48,927 nucleotides of DNA from a virus. Location of the stretch: the IMG/VR virus record IMGVR_UViG_3300045809_000027. One strand, 5' to 3'. The notes beneath the pieces are model-generated. The model ran no database searches. It was given only the letters and a program-made list of their open reading frames with translations, and was not told the origin of the DNA. The position numbers and the translations under genes were made by a program. Shown here one piece after another: positions 23,701-32,773 of the stretch (its first letter is position 1; each line of letters opens with the position of its first letter).

Positions 23701-26700
23701 CTTCAATGATCTTAGGTAAGCTTTGAATCAGAGTAGTAACGATTGAAAGTATTAGTTTGTTCGCCGCTTCAACTAATTTCGGCAACAACATAACGATCCC
23801 GCTCACTAAAGCAAGTAAGATATTCATACCGGATTCAATGATTTTGGGTAAATAAGTAATGATCAAAGATAAAATCATTTCGACTACTGAAATCACTGCG
23901 TTGATTAAATTAGGCAGCATCTGAATGATACCTGTAATGATTGAGGTCAAAATGGAAATTCCAGATTCAATCAATTGAGGCAACACTGATAGTAGTGTCT
24001 CGATAATCGTCGTTGAAATAGTGAGTGCGATAGTTACAGCTGTTTGTGCTAACGGAACGATTGTCTGCAAGATTCCTTGAATGATTCCACTCAAGATACT
24101 GATTCCTACTTCAATCATTTTTGGTAGTATTGCAGTAAACGAAGTCACTAGATTCAAGACGACTTCTGATACTTTTTCTAGTAATTGAGGAACCGTGGTT
24201 CCCATACCCTCAGCAAGTTTAGAAATTAGATTGCTACCAGTAATGATTAGTCCTGGTATACCACCAATTAAAATAGCAATGATCTTCGGTAATATTGATT
24301 TGAAGATATTAATGAGAGGCTCGAAATTCCCGATAAACGCTTTGTCGATCGCCTCTTTGAGTTGAGCGAATTTTTCTTTTGCTCCATCAACAAAGTTGCG
24401 AATACCTTCTCCTAATCGATAAATCACTTCTAATTGGTTGTCACTAAATGAATCACCAAATAGATTCGTCAGACCTTCAAGGCTGGTAATATTTCCTGAA
24501 ATAATGAACTTCAATCCTAAAAAAGCACGCCGAATTTGCTGAACGATTTCATAGAATTTTTCGAATCGTTGAATTGTTGCATCACTGAACATACTTGTAT
24601 TGATAGCTTCAGAGAACGAATGGAAATCAGTATCTCCAGTCAGAACATCTTTAACGATCTTTATACCGTTTTTCAGTTTTTCAAGACTCTCATGAAGTGC
24701 GATAATCCGATTAATAATTGCATTCACTGTGTCTTGTGGCAGAAAATCAGATAGTGCTAATTTCAAATCTTCAAACTGTTTCCGATCACCGCCATGTAGA
24801 ATTTGATCCAAACTTGATCGGATAATATTCGATGCAACCTGAACTCTTTCATTCGCATCTTTCTTGAACCGTTCAAATGTTTCATGGAGAATAGTCAGAC
24901 GTTCTACGATCTTGTTAGTGGTTTCTTGAGGAAACAGTTCATTTAAAGTCTGTTTTAGTTCTTCAGTCTTTCTTCTATCGCCACCAACGAAGATTAAGTC
25001 AAAACTACTCTTGATGGCTTGAGCCGCCAGTTCAAACTTTTCACTAGCTTTCTCTTTAAATTCTTCGAAAGCTTTGTGTAGAGCTGTTAAGCGGTCAATA
25101 ATAATGTTGACTGTTTGCTGCGGTAGTAATTGACTAAGATTCTGACGTAACTCTTCTGTTTTCTTGCGGTCACCGCCAACAAAAATAAGACGCAATGCTC
25201 CATGAATTGCATTTCCCGCAATGACAAATGTTTCTCCAAACTTCTTAACAAAGTTAATCAACGGAGCGACTAATTGCCGGAATCTCTCAGAACGTTTGTA
25301 TAAATCGGTAATAGCAATTGCTAAACCTATTACTGCAGCTGCAACAATCGCAAACGGACTGATTTGTAATACTGTGATGAATCCCAAGAATATAGATTTC
25401 AGTTTACTGAATAGGTTGATCACTAGAATAAGCGATCCAAAGGATAATAAAGCTGTAACAAGACCTTTTACAATTGATATCAGTGGATTCGCAGATTTGC
25501 TAATTCCTTCTAGAGATTTTGCTATTGAATTCAGAACCCCTTGAACCTTTTCTGCTCCTATTGTGTTATCTCGAAATGCTTTAATTGATGCTGTTGCTGA
25601 TCCCAATGCATCAACCGCAACTTTTTTAAAAGGTTCTAACCCTTTGACAATAGTTGTAGTGATAGCCGTTCTAAAGTTGGCCATTGAACCTGATAAAGTA
25701 TCACCAGCAGTTTTGGCTAGTCCCGCCATCTTAGCAGTAGTTCCAGCAACGCCTGTCGTTCCTTCCTCAATACCTCTTCGAAGATCCTCAATGGCTTCGC
25801 CGGCTTGAAGGGTTCCATCGGAAACGGCTTCTTTCATATCTGTCACGGATTTTTGACTAGCATTCGCTAAAATTTGCCATGCTGGAATGCCGGCATCTAC
25901 TAATCTATTAATATCATCAGCATAGACAACGCCAGCTGATTGCATGCCTGCGATTGCATCGGTTATTTGATCAATGGATTCTGCTCCATTTCCGACCCCA
26001 TACGCTGCATCCGCTATCGCCTGAAAGACTTCCTTAACCTTCGTGCCTTCCATTCCGGCCGCAACCATTTTCTTTGCGCCCATGGCGACATCATTTAGAG
26101 CGATAGGAGTTCCTTCAATGGCAGCTGCTAGGTCGTCCATTACTTGCTTAGCAATACTTGCGCTTCCTGTTAATACAGTTAGTGATTTAGTGGCAGTATC
26201 AATAGTGTCAATACGATCAATTGCTCGCCCGATTGAATCACTCAGAACACTAAAAGCTTTAGAAACGATTGCAATTGAAGCTATTGATGATGCTAAGTCT
26301 TCGATGGATCCCTTAGCATCTTTAGATGGTTCGTTAACTCCAGACTTGATTTGGTTTTTTATGTTCGGGAAAATCGCCTTTGCTCTATCCAATACAGACT
26401 TGAACCCATTGGAAAGACTATTCTTAACAGAATTTGCCGTTCCTGAAGCATAATCAGAGATCGTCTTCACTCCATTTTTAAGCGAACTCCAAATATTTGA
26501 TGCTATGTTCGGTAAATTCTTTACACCGTTAATAAATCCAGTCTTTATGTTTGATGCTACTTTTGTCGCTTTTGAAGGAAGTTGAGACAAGCCGGTTCCG
26601 ATTTTCGTTACAGCGTTAGCTGTCGAGTTAACAACCGAATTGAATCCAGTGACGAAAACATCTTTCGTTCTATTTATCGCTTGTGTGGCTTTCGTTGGAA

Positions 26701-27376
26701 TCTGCTGTATCTGAGAAATTGCTTGATTCTTAGCTTGAGCAAATCCAGAGCTGACAAAACCTGTGACAGATTTCATCGTGTTTTGGATTGTCTTCGGCAT
26801 TGATTTCACTTTTTCAATCGGATTCTTGATTAACTCAAGCAATGAAGAACCGATAGATTTAAAGCCATTCTTTAAGTCGCCGAAGCTAGACTTTAGGTTG
26901 GACAAGCTATCCTTCATAGAAATAACGAGCGCTCGATTCATTGCCTTGCTGTCTTTTGTCATTTCGTTGTAGGATACTTTCGCATCGCTCTTCATCTGAT
27001 TGAACGTCTGCTTGCTATTTGATGATAAGACGTTGTTTGAATTCGTAATCTTTGAAGTCAACGCCTGATAACCCTTTGTACCAGAACTAGTCATATCCGT
27101 AATTGCTTTCTTTGTGCTATTGAATGATTCAGTAGTTTTGCTCACACGATCTTTTAGATCAGCGTAGCTAGCGACCATTGATTTCGTCGAACTTGAACCT
27201 CTCTTACCGAGTTCTTCCGCACGCTCGGCAACACTACTAATTGTTCCCGCGAGTTCGGTTGCTTTTTCGCCAGTTCGTTCAAACCAACCGAAAAAAGAGG
27301 CCACAGCTTTCTCTGCTGGGCCACTATCTGCGGTGATCGTTAGCTTCGCCCCACCTACGTTTACATCCTCTGCCAA
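20735..27376 (-). CDS. Tape measure protein (2213 aa) with embedded zinc-peptidase-like and lytic transglycosylase domains
   Basis: Largest ORF, with TM-rich 22-aa LPxxIE repeats. WHGKHQALD...DHYDHIHL is a metallopeptidase motif. AQIQRESSGN...AKGLLQYIQSTF is an SLT motif. Confidence 0.9.
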   Translation of the reverse strand: MAEDVNVGGAKLTITADSGPAEKAVASFFGWFERTGEKATELAGTISSVAERAEELGKRGSSSTKSMVASYADLKDRVSKTTESFNSTKKAITDMTSSGTKGYQALTSKITNSNNVLSSNSKQTFNQMKSDAKVSYNEMTKDSKAMNRALVISMKDSLSNLKSSFGDLKNGFKSIGSSLLELIKNPIEKVKSMPKTIQNTMKSVTGFVSSGFAQAKNQAISQIQQIPTKATQAINRTKDVFVTGFNSVVNSTANAVTKIGTGLSQLPSKATKVASNIKTGFINGVKNLPNIASNIWSSLKNGVKTISDYASGTANSVKNSLSNGFKSVLDRAKAIFPNIKNQIKSGVNEPSKDAKGSIEDLASSIASIAIVSKAFSVLSDSIGRAIDRIDTIDTATKSLTVLTGSASIAKQVMDDLAAAIEGTPIALNDVAMGAKKMVAAGMEGTKVKEVFQAIADAAYGVGNGAESIDQITDAIAGMQSAGVVYADDINRLVDAGIPAWQILANASQKSVTDMKEAVSDGTLQAGEAIEDLRRGIEEGTTGVAGTTAKMAGLAKTAGDTLSGSMANFRTAITTTIVKGLEPFKKVAVDALGSATASIKAFRDNTIGAEKVQGVLNSIAKSLEGISKSANPLISIVKGLVTALLSFGSLILVINLFSKLKSIFLGFITVLQISPFAIVAAAVIGLAIAITDLYKRSERFRQLVAPLINFVKKFGETFVIAGNAIHGALRLIFVGGDRKKTEELRQNLSQLLPQQTVNIIIDRLTALHKAFEEFKEKASEKFELAAQAIKSSFDLIFVGGDRRKTEELKQTLNELFPQETTNKIVERLTILHETFERFKKDANERVQVASNIIRSSLDQILHGGDRKQFEDLKLALSDFLPQDTVNAIINRIIALHESLEKLKNGIKIVKDVLTGDTDFHSFSEAINTSMFSDATIQRFEKFYEIVQQIRRAFLGLKFIISGNITSLEGLTNLFGDSFSDNQLEVIYRLGEGIRNFVDGAKEKFAQLKEAIDKAFIGNFEPLINIFKSILPKIIAILIGGIPGLIITGSNLISKLAEGMGTTVPQLLEKVSEVVLNLVTSFTAILPKMIEVGISILSGIIQGILQTIVPLAQTAVTIALTISTTIIETLLSVLPQLIESGISILTSIITGIIQMLPNLINAVISVVEMILSLIITYLPKIIESGMNILLALVSGIVMLLPKLVEAANKLILSIVTTLIQSLPKIIEAGVKILGALIQGVISILPKLIETAIKLIITIAAVLIQNLPTIIAAGVKILLAIGKGIIDTIGTLIKMLPQVFSAIFKAFGDIKWGKIGKDIISGIGKGITGAVDSLKKSVTDVAGNVSKWFKDKLKIKSPSRVMMADAQWVPAGIAVGIDKGKPKIQQAMDAVTDLMTKAVQDAEPVGLSSNMIVTESYGMPDANQMQLSAQQASQAGNQGMADSTPQLIQTALSAANGILGQFSSISPSMVLQGAEWLTNFMTGWNSVVPTMMTTVKTFINQYTTLIKNQNNPNYQMGRAWMQNKLNGWNSLVSTFINTVRNFCNQVVSLLRSFYSAMYQTGRTWLQNLLNGWNALYGSFIARVNQLGNDSINNLRSKSSGFNSAGRFLMQTLIDGINSMGGSLSATMNGVANKMVGGIGKGVNGVIGGVNYVLKEVESDKKLGNWTVPQYAKGSEGHPSDGPAIVNDQKGSKYQEIIQEPDGSTFIAKGRNALVWLKKGAKVLNATMTERVLKAQNNLGSMIPKYEDGIGEFDIFDIIDDEGAFKKLVDQRVDYNSIVEPWRNMTKAGVKLMTSAAYPFAQKHVEDAFGGGSFDGAMNANNVYQYLVDIAQKVMSKFGGLTITSGYRPGDPYWHGKHQALDISGYPYGSPRYTEAANWAFEKFPKQIAYVITNGRVRDRMGISGQAATSQWVPWPDNDHYDHIHLNGALGSGNIFKAGTDVDGGLKTSSGVTGSNWTAQIKRAAKVMGQRISASELNGILAQIQRESSGNEKIRQQIIDVNSTNGSGGAKGLLQYIQSTFDAYKVRGHGNIFSGYDQLLAFFNNSNWRRDLPYGRSGWGPTGSRIKGYKDGGWVMNEVYRAGENNKPEVVLPVTKPARAMELIGQALNYMAQNGSGIIQSATTGLSNMASNMTLNLADLIGIDTQAIRSNFASSASIDLQEVIRLLNVNNQLLAEIRDQESDIYMDKEKVGKKVAPTVAKENARNERLSERRKGRA
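24600..25200 (-). repeat. Three tandem 192-nt (64-aa) repeats inside the TMP
   Basis: The (F/L)(V/H)GGDR(K/R)(K/Q)..EL(K/R)..L..L.PQ(Q/E/D)T.N.I..R...LHE.(F/L)E.(F/L)K units recur. GGDR codons lie near 25173, 24981 and 24789, exactly 192 nt apart. Confidence 0.8.
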
Positions 27377-27403
27377 TTGCTCAACTCCCTTCTATATGTA
27401 TTT

Positions 27404-27646
27404 TTATTTCTTCCACCATTGAGTTGTATCAACGCCATCGTTGTTAGCAGACTCAGTTAACTGACCTTTCGCCTTTTCAATCGCTTCTTCATACGGCTTC
27501 ATCAAGATTGACTCATAGCTATTTCCGCCAGTCAGGTTACTCAAGAACATACTCACTGAATCAACTATCGCCATTTGAATCTCATACTGTCTTGATCTCC
27601 GAGCGTTATACTCTTGTTTATTTCCCCATTCATACTTCCGCTTCAA
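27404..27646 (-). CDS. Tail assembly chaperone, frameshift extension (gpT-like part of G-T)
   Basis: No convincing start (TTG in the track). This frame is -1 relative to the upstream chaperone gene and stays open upstream through at least 27792, overlapping its 3' end. Confidence 0.6.
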   Translation of the reverse strand: MKRKYEWGNKQEYNARRSRQYEIQMAIVDSVSMFLSNLTGGNSYESILMKPYEEAIEKAKGQLTESANNDGVDTTQWWKK

Positions 27647-27720
27647 CCAAGTAAATGTCTGGTCTAAAACATAATCCTCTGAGAGAGAGTAGAAATAAGA
27701 AACGTATTGGATTTGCTCTA

Positions 27721-28305
27721 TTAAGCTTGTGGTGAAGGTTTCAATGGCACTACTGATTCCGGTTGATCCTGAGTGTCTGCTTTCGTTTTCCCTGCTGCGT
27801 TCATGTCCTCTTTCTTCACTGGTCGGAATTTCGGACGGATCTTTTTTACTAATGCAGTCAACTTATCAATCGGTGTATTATCTAAGAATGAAGTTACGAT
27901 CAAAGCTGTGTCAAAGAAATCCATTTCCTCTGTTTCTTCAGCAGTATTACCAAGTACAATCGCAAGTATTTCCGCAATCTTCTCATCTGGTAAAATTTCT
28001 AGAGCAAACTCGACCGTTTGTTCCATAGATGGCGGTGTGAAGTCCCAGAGCAGGTTCTTATTCTCATCTTTCATTTGTTCCCCAGTCTTCTCGTCAATCG
28101 CTGGTTTTTTCTCAGTGTTCTCGCTTCTCCACTTAACAAATCGGTCGTACATGATTACACCATCACCTGCTACAAATTTGATCAATCGCACCACTTTTCT
28201 ATTTGTCAGTCGCGGCATTGGTACCTTTGAACCATCGCTCAATTCAACCATTTTCATTTCAGTTACTACGCTGTTGATTTGTTCTACTGTTGTATTTCCA
28301 GTCAT
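27721..28305 (-). CDS. Tail assembly chaperone (gpG-like)
   Basis: AAGGAG RBS before the ATG at 28305. Lies between the major tail protein and the TMP. Has an acidic C-terminal half. Confidence 0.7.
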   Translation of the reverse strand: MTGNTTVEQINSVVTEMKMVELSDGSKVPMPRLTNRKVVRLIKFVAGDGVIMYDRFVKWRSENTEKKPAIDEKTGEQMKDENKNLLWDFTPPSMEQTVEFALEILPDEKIAEILAIVLGNTAEETEEMDFFDTALIVTSFLDNTPIDKLTALVKKIRPKFRPVKKEDMNAAGKTKADTQDQPESVVPLKPSPQA

Positions 28306-28362
28306 GTTTTTCTCCTTTTTTAGATAAAATAAAAGACCCTGCATTATAGCAAGGCCTTATGA

Positions 28363-29178
28363 TTACAATACTTGTTCTATTTCTTTAAATACATTTTCAT
28401 CTTCTGGTAAATCATCCTGAGCAAAAGCTGAGAATGATACCGGGAGAGTTCCTTTTTCCTTACCGTGATTGGTTTCAACGTTATCACTAATTTTTGTTTC
28501 ATAATAGTGAGCCATTAAGAACGTACCATCTTCTCTCTTAACAATGTTAGTTAAGCTGTATGAATCAACAGAAGTTGGCGCACCATAAGATACGGTTTTA
28601 GTCCCTAGTTCTTCAACAGGTGTTAGAGTATCAGATGTCGTGTACGCAGCGGTAACACCTTTTTTCAATGTAACAATGTCACCAGATACTTGAGATATTT
28701 CGATTGTTTCATCACCGACTTTAGCAAATTTCACGGTTTCGAAACTTGCTCCTTTACCAGTTTCGACCTTAATCTTCTTGTTTCCTTTATTGACCGCAGC
28801 TGCCAATGTTGCTGGCGTTCCAAGCGTCGCTGCGGTTTCAGTGATACTACCACCAGCCCATGCTAGAACGCGGTTATCAATTGATGTTTCCATCATAGTT
28901 GTATTGAGTGTATTAGTCCATGAGGAAACAGTTGAATCAATTGGTACGACAGATTGATCAATCATTACATCCTCTGATTCGTAACCTCTTGCTCGAGCAA
29001 TGCCTTCGGTTGTAGCACCTAAATCACGAAAGCCAGGTTGTAATTCATAGGTATCCATGTCCATAACGTCAGAGATTTTTGTTGGACGAACAGTGGTGTC
29101 TTCCCCAAGGATTAGTCGCCCAGCTCCACCTTGAATATCCTTTTTATTAAAACGATAAAATTGATCCTTTTTATTCAT
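28363..29178 (-). CDS. Major tail protein
   Basis: Position upstream of the chaperones and TMP, 271 aa, and a strong context. Confidence 0.7.
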   Translation of the reverse strand: MNKKDQFYRFNKKDIQGGAGRLILGEDTTVRPTKISDVMDMDTYELQPGFRDLGATTEGIARARGYESEDVMIDQSVVPIDSTVSSWTNTLNTTMMETSIDNRVLAWAGGSITETAATLGTPATLAAAVNKGNKKIKVETGKGASFETVKFAKVGDETIEISQVSGDIVTLKKGVTAAYTTSDTLTPVEELGTKTVSYGAPTSVDSYSLTNIVKREDGTFLMAHYYETKISDNVETNHGKEKGTLPVSFSAFAQDDLPEDENVFKEIEQVL

Positions 29179-29429
29179 TATTTATCTTCCCCCTTCTTTA
29201 CCTCTTCGTAGCTCCACGAAGAACTAGAGACTTTCAGTTTTAGTAACTGCGCATCATTTAGTTCAAGAGTTTCTCCATGAATGATCTCCTTAGGAATACC
29301 TTCGATATTAACTTTAAGAGTCGTACCTGCACCTGAATTCGATTTAGCCATCACTTTGACTTTCGATTCTTTCGTACCGAGTGCTCCTTGCTTTGTTTCC
29401 TGTTTCTTTTCTTGTGCTTTATCTGCCAA
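29178..29429 (-). CDS. Small structural-module protein, unknown function
   Basis: 83-aa ORF, translationally coupled to the major tail gene. Confidence 0.45.
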   Translation of the reverse strand: MADKAQEKKQETKQGALGTKESKVKVMAKSNSGAGTTLKVNIEGIPKEIIHGETLELNDAQLLKLKVSSSSWSYEEVKKGEDK

Positions 29430-29441
29430 AATAGTTCCTCC

Positions 29442-29795
29442 TTAATTTTCAAAATAACTAATTCTCATATAGCACCATGCTTCGTTTTTCTTTGATTGAT
29501 CATCAACATCAGGAGTTGGTGGCATCTGAAAATCAACATCAAACACATTGACTCCCTCAATATCTGCAAAGTTACGTTTCAGAAAATTACCGACCTCAGT
29601 GCATTTCGTGAGAGCTTCAACGTCATCATCAGAACGCACAAGAAGCTGTAAACTACCCTTGCCAATCGGCTTGACAAGCAGACATGGTAGTTCTGCTCCT
29701 GCTTCAATTTTCCATATTCTGAATGATTTGAACTCATCTTCAAACGCAGCCTTTAGAAATCCATGTATGCTGCTGGATGCATCTACATAGTCCAT
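29442..29795 (-). CDS. Tail terminator / tail completion protein (DUF3168-like)
   Basis: Assigned from position in the neck-gene order and from size. Confidence 0.5.
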   Translation of the reverse strand: MDYVDASSSIHGFLKAAFEDEFKSFRIWKIEAGAELPCLLVKPIGKGSLQLLVRSDDDVEALTKCTEVGNFLKRNFADIEGVNVFDVDFQMPPTPDVDDQSKKNEAWCYMRISYFEN

Positions 29796-29804
29796 CTAGC
29801 CACC

Positions 29805-30239
29805 TCACATCCTGTTTTTGATGTACTTCTTGATTGTTGTTTGACCCTGTGTTTTCATTCGGTTTAGCTCTGCGTCCAACGCCCGGCCAAAGATATTGAA
29901 TCGTTTCTCTAGCGGCTTCGCGTAAATGACCCCAGAGCCGATTTCCAAAATAGTTTTACGACCTTCACTCGTCAAATTATGGATCACGGGCCCTACATCT
30001 GAACCGTTTGGACCCGATTCATGTCCCGCATAACCGATAGAATTAATATAAGCAGCCGTGTCAATATGATGATCCGTTCGAGTGATATCTTTCGCACCAT
30101 CTGCCCAAACACGTCCCATAGATTCAACAGCAAGCTCTCTAGCCTCATCAAGAACCCTCGGAAACTGTTTGGTGAACTTAGCCATATCATCGTCTAAATC
30201 GAAAGTTACCGAAGCATACTTGGCTTTTCCTTCAACCAT
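29805..30239 (-). CDS. HK97 gp10-family neck protein
   Basis: ILEIGSGVIYAKPLEKR resembles the gp10-family C-terminal motif. Position is consistent. Confidence 0.6.
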   Translation of the reverse strand: MVEGKAKYASVTFDLDDDMAKFTKQFPRVLDEARELAVESMGRVWADGAKDITRTDHHIDTAAYINSIGYAGHESGPNGSDVGPVIHNLTSEGRKTILEIGSGVIYAKPLEKRFNIFGRALDAELNRMKTQGQTTIKKYIKNRM

Positions 30240-30240
30240 A

Positions 30241-30600
30241 TTATTCAGCTCCTTTTAGATAAATCTTATGATGATGTAGCTTTTTCCTTCCTGTTTGTCT
30301 AATAATTCGATCAACTTCAAGTTTGGCTGTGGTGATAGAATTCCCTTCATCATCAACTATGTTTAAAATATCCATTTCTGGATCAATCTCTGTTGTTTTC
30401 GGTACCAAAATATAGAGCGACCTCACCACATCAGAACCAGTGTTGTCTCTATTTCTGATCGTTTCTTCAACAAAGCGACAACGAGACTGAAACGGTTCTT
30501 TTGGTTTGGTTATCGGTCGTCCCCAGCCATCTTCTCCCACTTTTTCTTCACCAGGAAATTGAATGGTACAAAAATGAGGCAGCAAACGATCAAAAGACAC
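30241..30600 (-). CDS. Head closure / head-tail adaptor protein
   Basis: GAGGTGG RBS lies 5 nt before the GTG at 30600, overlapping the upstream stop (track ORF extends to 30672). Start is uncertain. Confidence 0.5.
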   Translation of the reverse strand: MSFDRLLPHFCTIQFPGEEKVGEDGWGRPITKPKEPFQSRCRFVEETIRNRDNTGSDVVRSLYILVPKTTEIDPEMDILNIVDDEGNSITTAKLEVDRIIRQTGRKKLHHHKIYLKGAE

Positions 30601-31036
30601 GTTTACCACCTCTTTTCGGTTTTCTTCTTGTCGGACCACTGACATTGAAATAAGTTGGATTCTGCTTACCAACTGTTAATGCATCTAACAGCATATCCAA
30701 CTCATAGTCTCCGGTAATACCAATCCCAACATCATCACCAATTGATTTCACAGTGTACGAATAATCTCCGATGTTCTCGGATTTAATCCCCTCAAACCGG
30801 TTCTCCATATCCATCTCATTGTCACAGTAGTAGAGATAGTCGACTAAACGCCAAGTAATCGTTTTGAGTGATTGCATCGTGATTAGATTTTCAGTTTTTG
30901 AATAATCAAATCCCGTTCGTTGAGTCGTGTAATTATCAGCACGATCCATCAACGAAGTAAAAGCCTCATCTTCTAGTTTGTCCAACTGATCTTTAAAGCG
31001 AGAATGAAGAAGAACTTCTTTTTTTTCAATGAACAT
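30590..31036 (-). CDS. Head-tail connector (gp6-like)
   Basis: Assigned from position after the capsid gene and from size. Confidence 0.5.
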   Translation of the reverse strand: MFIEKKEVLLHSRFKDQLDKLEDEAFTSLMDRADNYTTQRTGFDYSKTENLITMQSLKTITWRLVDYLYYCDNEMDMENRFEGIKSENIGDYSYTVKSIGDDVGIGITGDYELDMLLDALTVGKQNPTYFNVSGPTRRKPKRGGKRVF

Positions 31037-31288
31037 CTAGCTCACTTCCTTAATGAAACCTTCCTTGATGCGGGCTTTCAGTTCAGAAGAATACGGCTTT
31101 TCGATTGCTACATTTTCCCCGTATCTAATCACAACACCCTTCGAAATGAACTGTTTATCTTCCACCGTGCAAGTCAATAACACTTCTTCAGAGTTCTTTT
31201 CATCCGCAACAACGTCTTCCTCTTTTGGTTCGACTACTTTGTCTTCCAATACTTCTTCAGAATTCTTTTCATCCTTTTTCTTTGCCAT
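31037..31288 (-). CDS. Small acidic protein with internal EKNSEEVL duplication
   Basis: ORF with a ~24-nt direct repeat (about 31187-31210 and 31250-31275). Confidence 0.45.
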   Translation of the reverse strand: MAKKKDEKNSEEVLEDKVVEPKEEDVVADEKNSEEVLLTCTVEDKQFISKGVVIRYGENVAIEKPYSSELKARIKEGFIKEVS

Positions 31289-31299
31289 AGAATTTCCTC

Positions 31300-32388
31300 C
31301 TAAAGAGACTTACTTAAATCCATGATCATACGAGCTTTAGTCTCAAACGGCACGTAATCAGAAGTCTTAGTCGTATACGATCCATCAATTTGAGTTTTCG
31401 CATTCCGTTCAGTCTCAGTGGAAAGAGCTTTGAAAACATACTCATTGATTGCAAATTTCGTATCGACAAACATAATTTGACCGTCAGGCATTTGCTTAGA
31501 AATAAACGGTTTTGAAGCTAACACATCAGGTGCAGTACCATTCAACTGATTTTGCAAGAAAATTGGCGTGCCTTGAGTAGTTTCGATTGATGTCCATTGC
31601 TTCGCTGTCTTACGGTTCATAACCGCACGATTAGGCGTGAATCCTGTTTCATCCTCCATATACGTCTGAGCGTCCCATGCATCCATGATGGTCAATTTTC
31701 CGACTGTTTCAACTCCGCGAACCTCTGGCGCGTCAGAGCCATCATCGAAGTATCCATTCATCAGTCGATCGACAACCATTCGTTCATCCGTTCGACCTAA
31801 CACCAATCCTTGGCGATTGAAGAATGCAGCAAGCATATCGAATTTCATTGCTTTCGCTTCATCAGTTAATTCAATACCGCCTCCACGCTTGTATACTTGA
31901 ATCATTTTCTTTTCGGCCAATTTAATGGTCATTACCGGAATTGGTCCGCCTTGTGCTACTGTTTTGAAATCGAAGTCTTCATCATCGTATTCGTCAGCAT
32001 AGTACCAAGATGTAGTCTGCTGATCGATGTTGACGGTTCCCATTAACAATTCTGCCGCACGGCCAGTTTTTTCGAATACGCCACGTACATACGATTCTAC
32101 TAACGTTTCAAATAATGGCTTTGTATTGTCGTTTGCTAGTAGTGATCCGACATTCGTACGAATCAACGAAGGATTTAACATCTTGCGGAAATCATCCATC
32201 GTCAAGTCGTTTTGATCTAAATAAGAACGCACCATTAACGAGGTGTTCTTATTGATCAAATCTTGGCTGACACCATCTGCTTTTGCAGCTTTTCGAGCTT
32301 CTTCCCAAAATTCATGTTGCTGCGGCATTTCGATGATTCGATTGCCGATAGCAAATTTATCTTTCTTGAATAATTTTAGTTCTGCCAT
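31300..32388 (-). CDS. Major capsid protein
   Basis: 362 aa. Follows the protease/scaffold and decoration-like genes in a lambda C-D-E-like order. Confidence 0.7.
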   Translation of the reverse strand: MAELKLFKKDKFAIGNRIIEMPQQHEFWEEARKAAKADGVSQDLINKNTSLMVRSYLDQNDLTMDDFRKMLNPSLIRTNVGSLLANDNTKPLFETLVESYVRGVFEKTGRAAELLMGTVNIDQQTTSWYYADEYDDEDFDFKTVAQGGPIPVMTIKLAEKKMIQVYKRGGGIELTDEAKAMKFDMLAAFFNRQGLVLGRTDERMVVDRLMNGYFDDGSDAPEVRGVETVGKLTIMDAWDAQTYMEDETGFTPNRAVMNRKTAKQWTSIETTQGTPIFLQNQLNGTAPDVLASKPFISKQMPDGQIMFVDTKFAINEYVFKALSTETERNAKTQIDGSYTTKTSDYVPFETKARMIMDLSKSL

Positions 32389-32759
32389 TAAATCAACACC
32401 TCCGCTGTTTTATCAGGATTCCCTTTCAAAACAAGTAACCCTTTGTCATCTCCTGATTTGATGAACTTCCCGCTTGCATCAGCGATCACTCGATCACCCA
32501 TCGCCACAACTGCATCAACCTCTACTTTGACATTGCGAGACTTCCCAACTACATAAATTGAAACGGGATCACCTGCCTTGCCACCGACTTTTACAATACC
32601 ATCCACTTTGTCGTCAACGGACAACGACACTCCATAGTCACCTTCCGCTGCATCGAATACCACAGGCTGACCAGAGACCACATCCGTCTTCGGATAAACT
32701 GTCAAGCTTAATCCATAATTCTCAGGGACGATGCCCCCACGATTAAAAATTGCTCCCAT
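32388..32759 (-). CDS. DUF2190-like head decoration/cement protein
   Basis: 123 aa, beta-rich and G/V-rich. Lies between the protease and the capsid gene. Confidence 0.5.
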   Translation of the reverse strand: MGAIFNRGGIVPENYGLSLTVYPKTDVVSGQPVVFDAAEGDYGVSLSVDDKVDGIVKVGGKAGDPVSIYVVGKSRNVKVEVDAVVAMGDRVIADASGKFIKSGDDKGLLVLKGNPDKTAEVLI

Positions 32760-32773
32760 ATTTTTCTTTCCTC

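Noticed and set aside
23500-25200. TMP internal repeats, and the ori iterons at 46151-46270, as a possible CRISPR array
   Set aside because: The repeats are in-frame coding repeats (22-aa and 64-aa units) or short iterons without unique spacers of regular length. No cas genes are present.
23250-26453. Several plus-strand ORFs (23250-23726, 25221-25544, 25563-25808, 26043-26453, and others at 21914-22930 and 26582-26972)
   Set aside because: All lie antisense inside the tape measure gene. They have hydrophobic or low-complexity translations that mirror the TMP repeats, and no start context.
27729-28327. Plus-strand ORFs of 99, 184 and 70 aa
   Set aside because: They are antisense shadows of the tail chaperone gene, with Ser/Phe-rich translations and no RBS.
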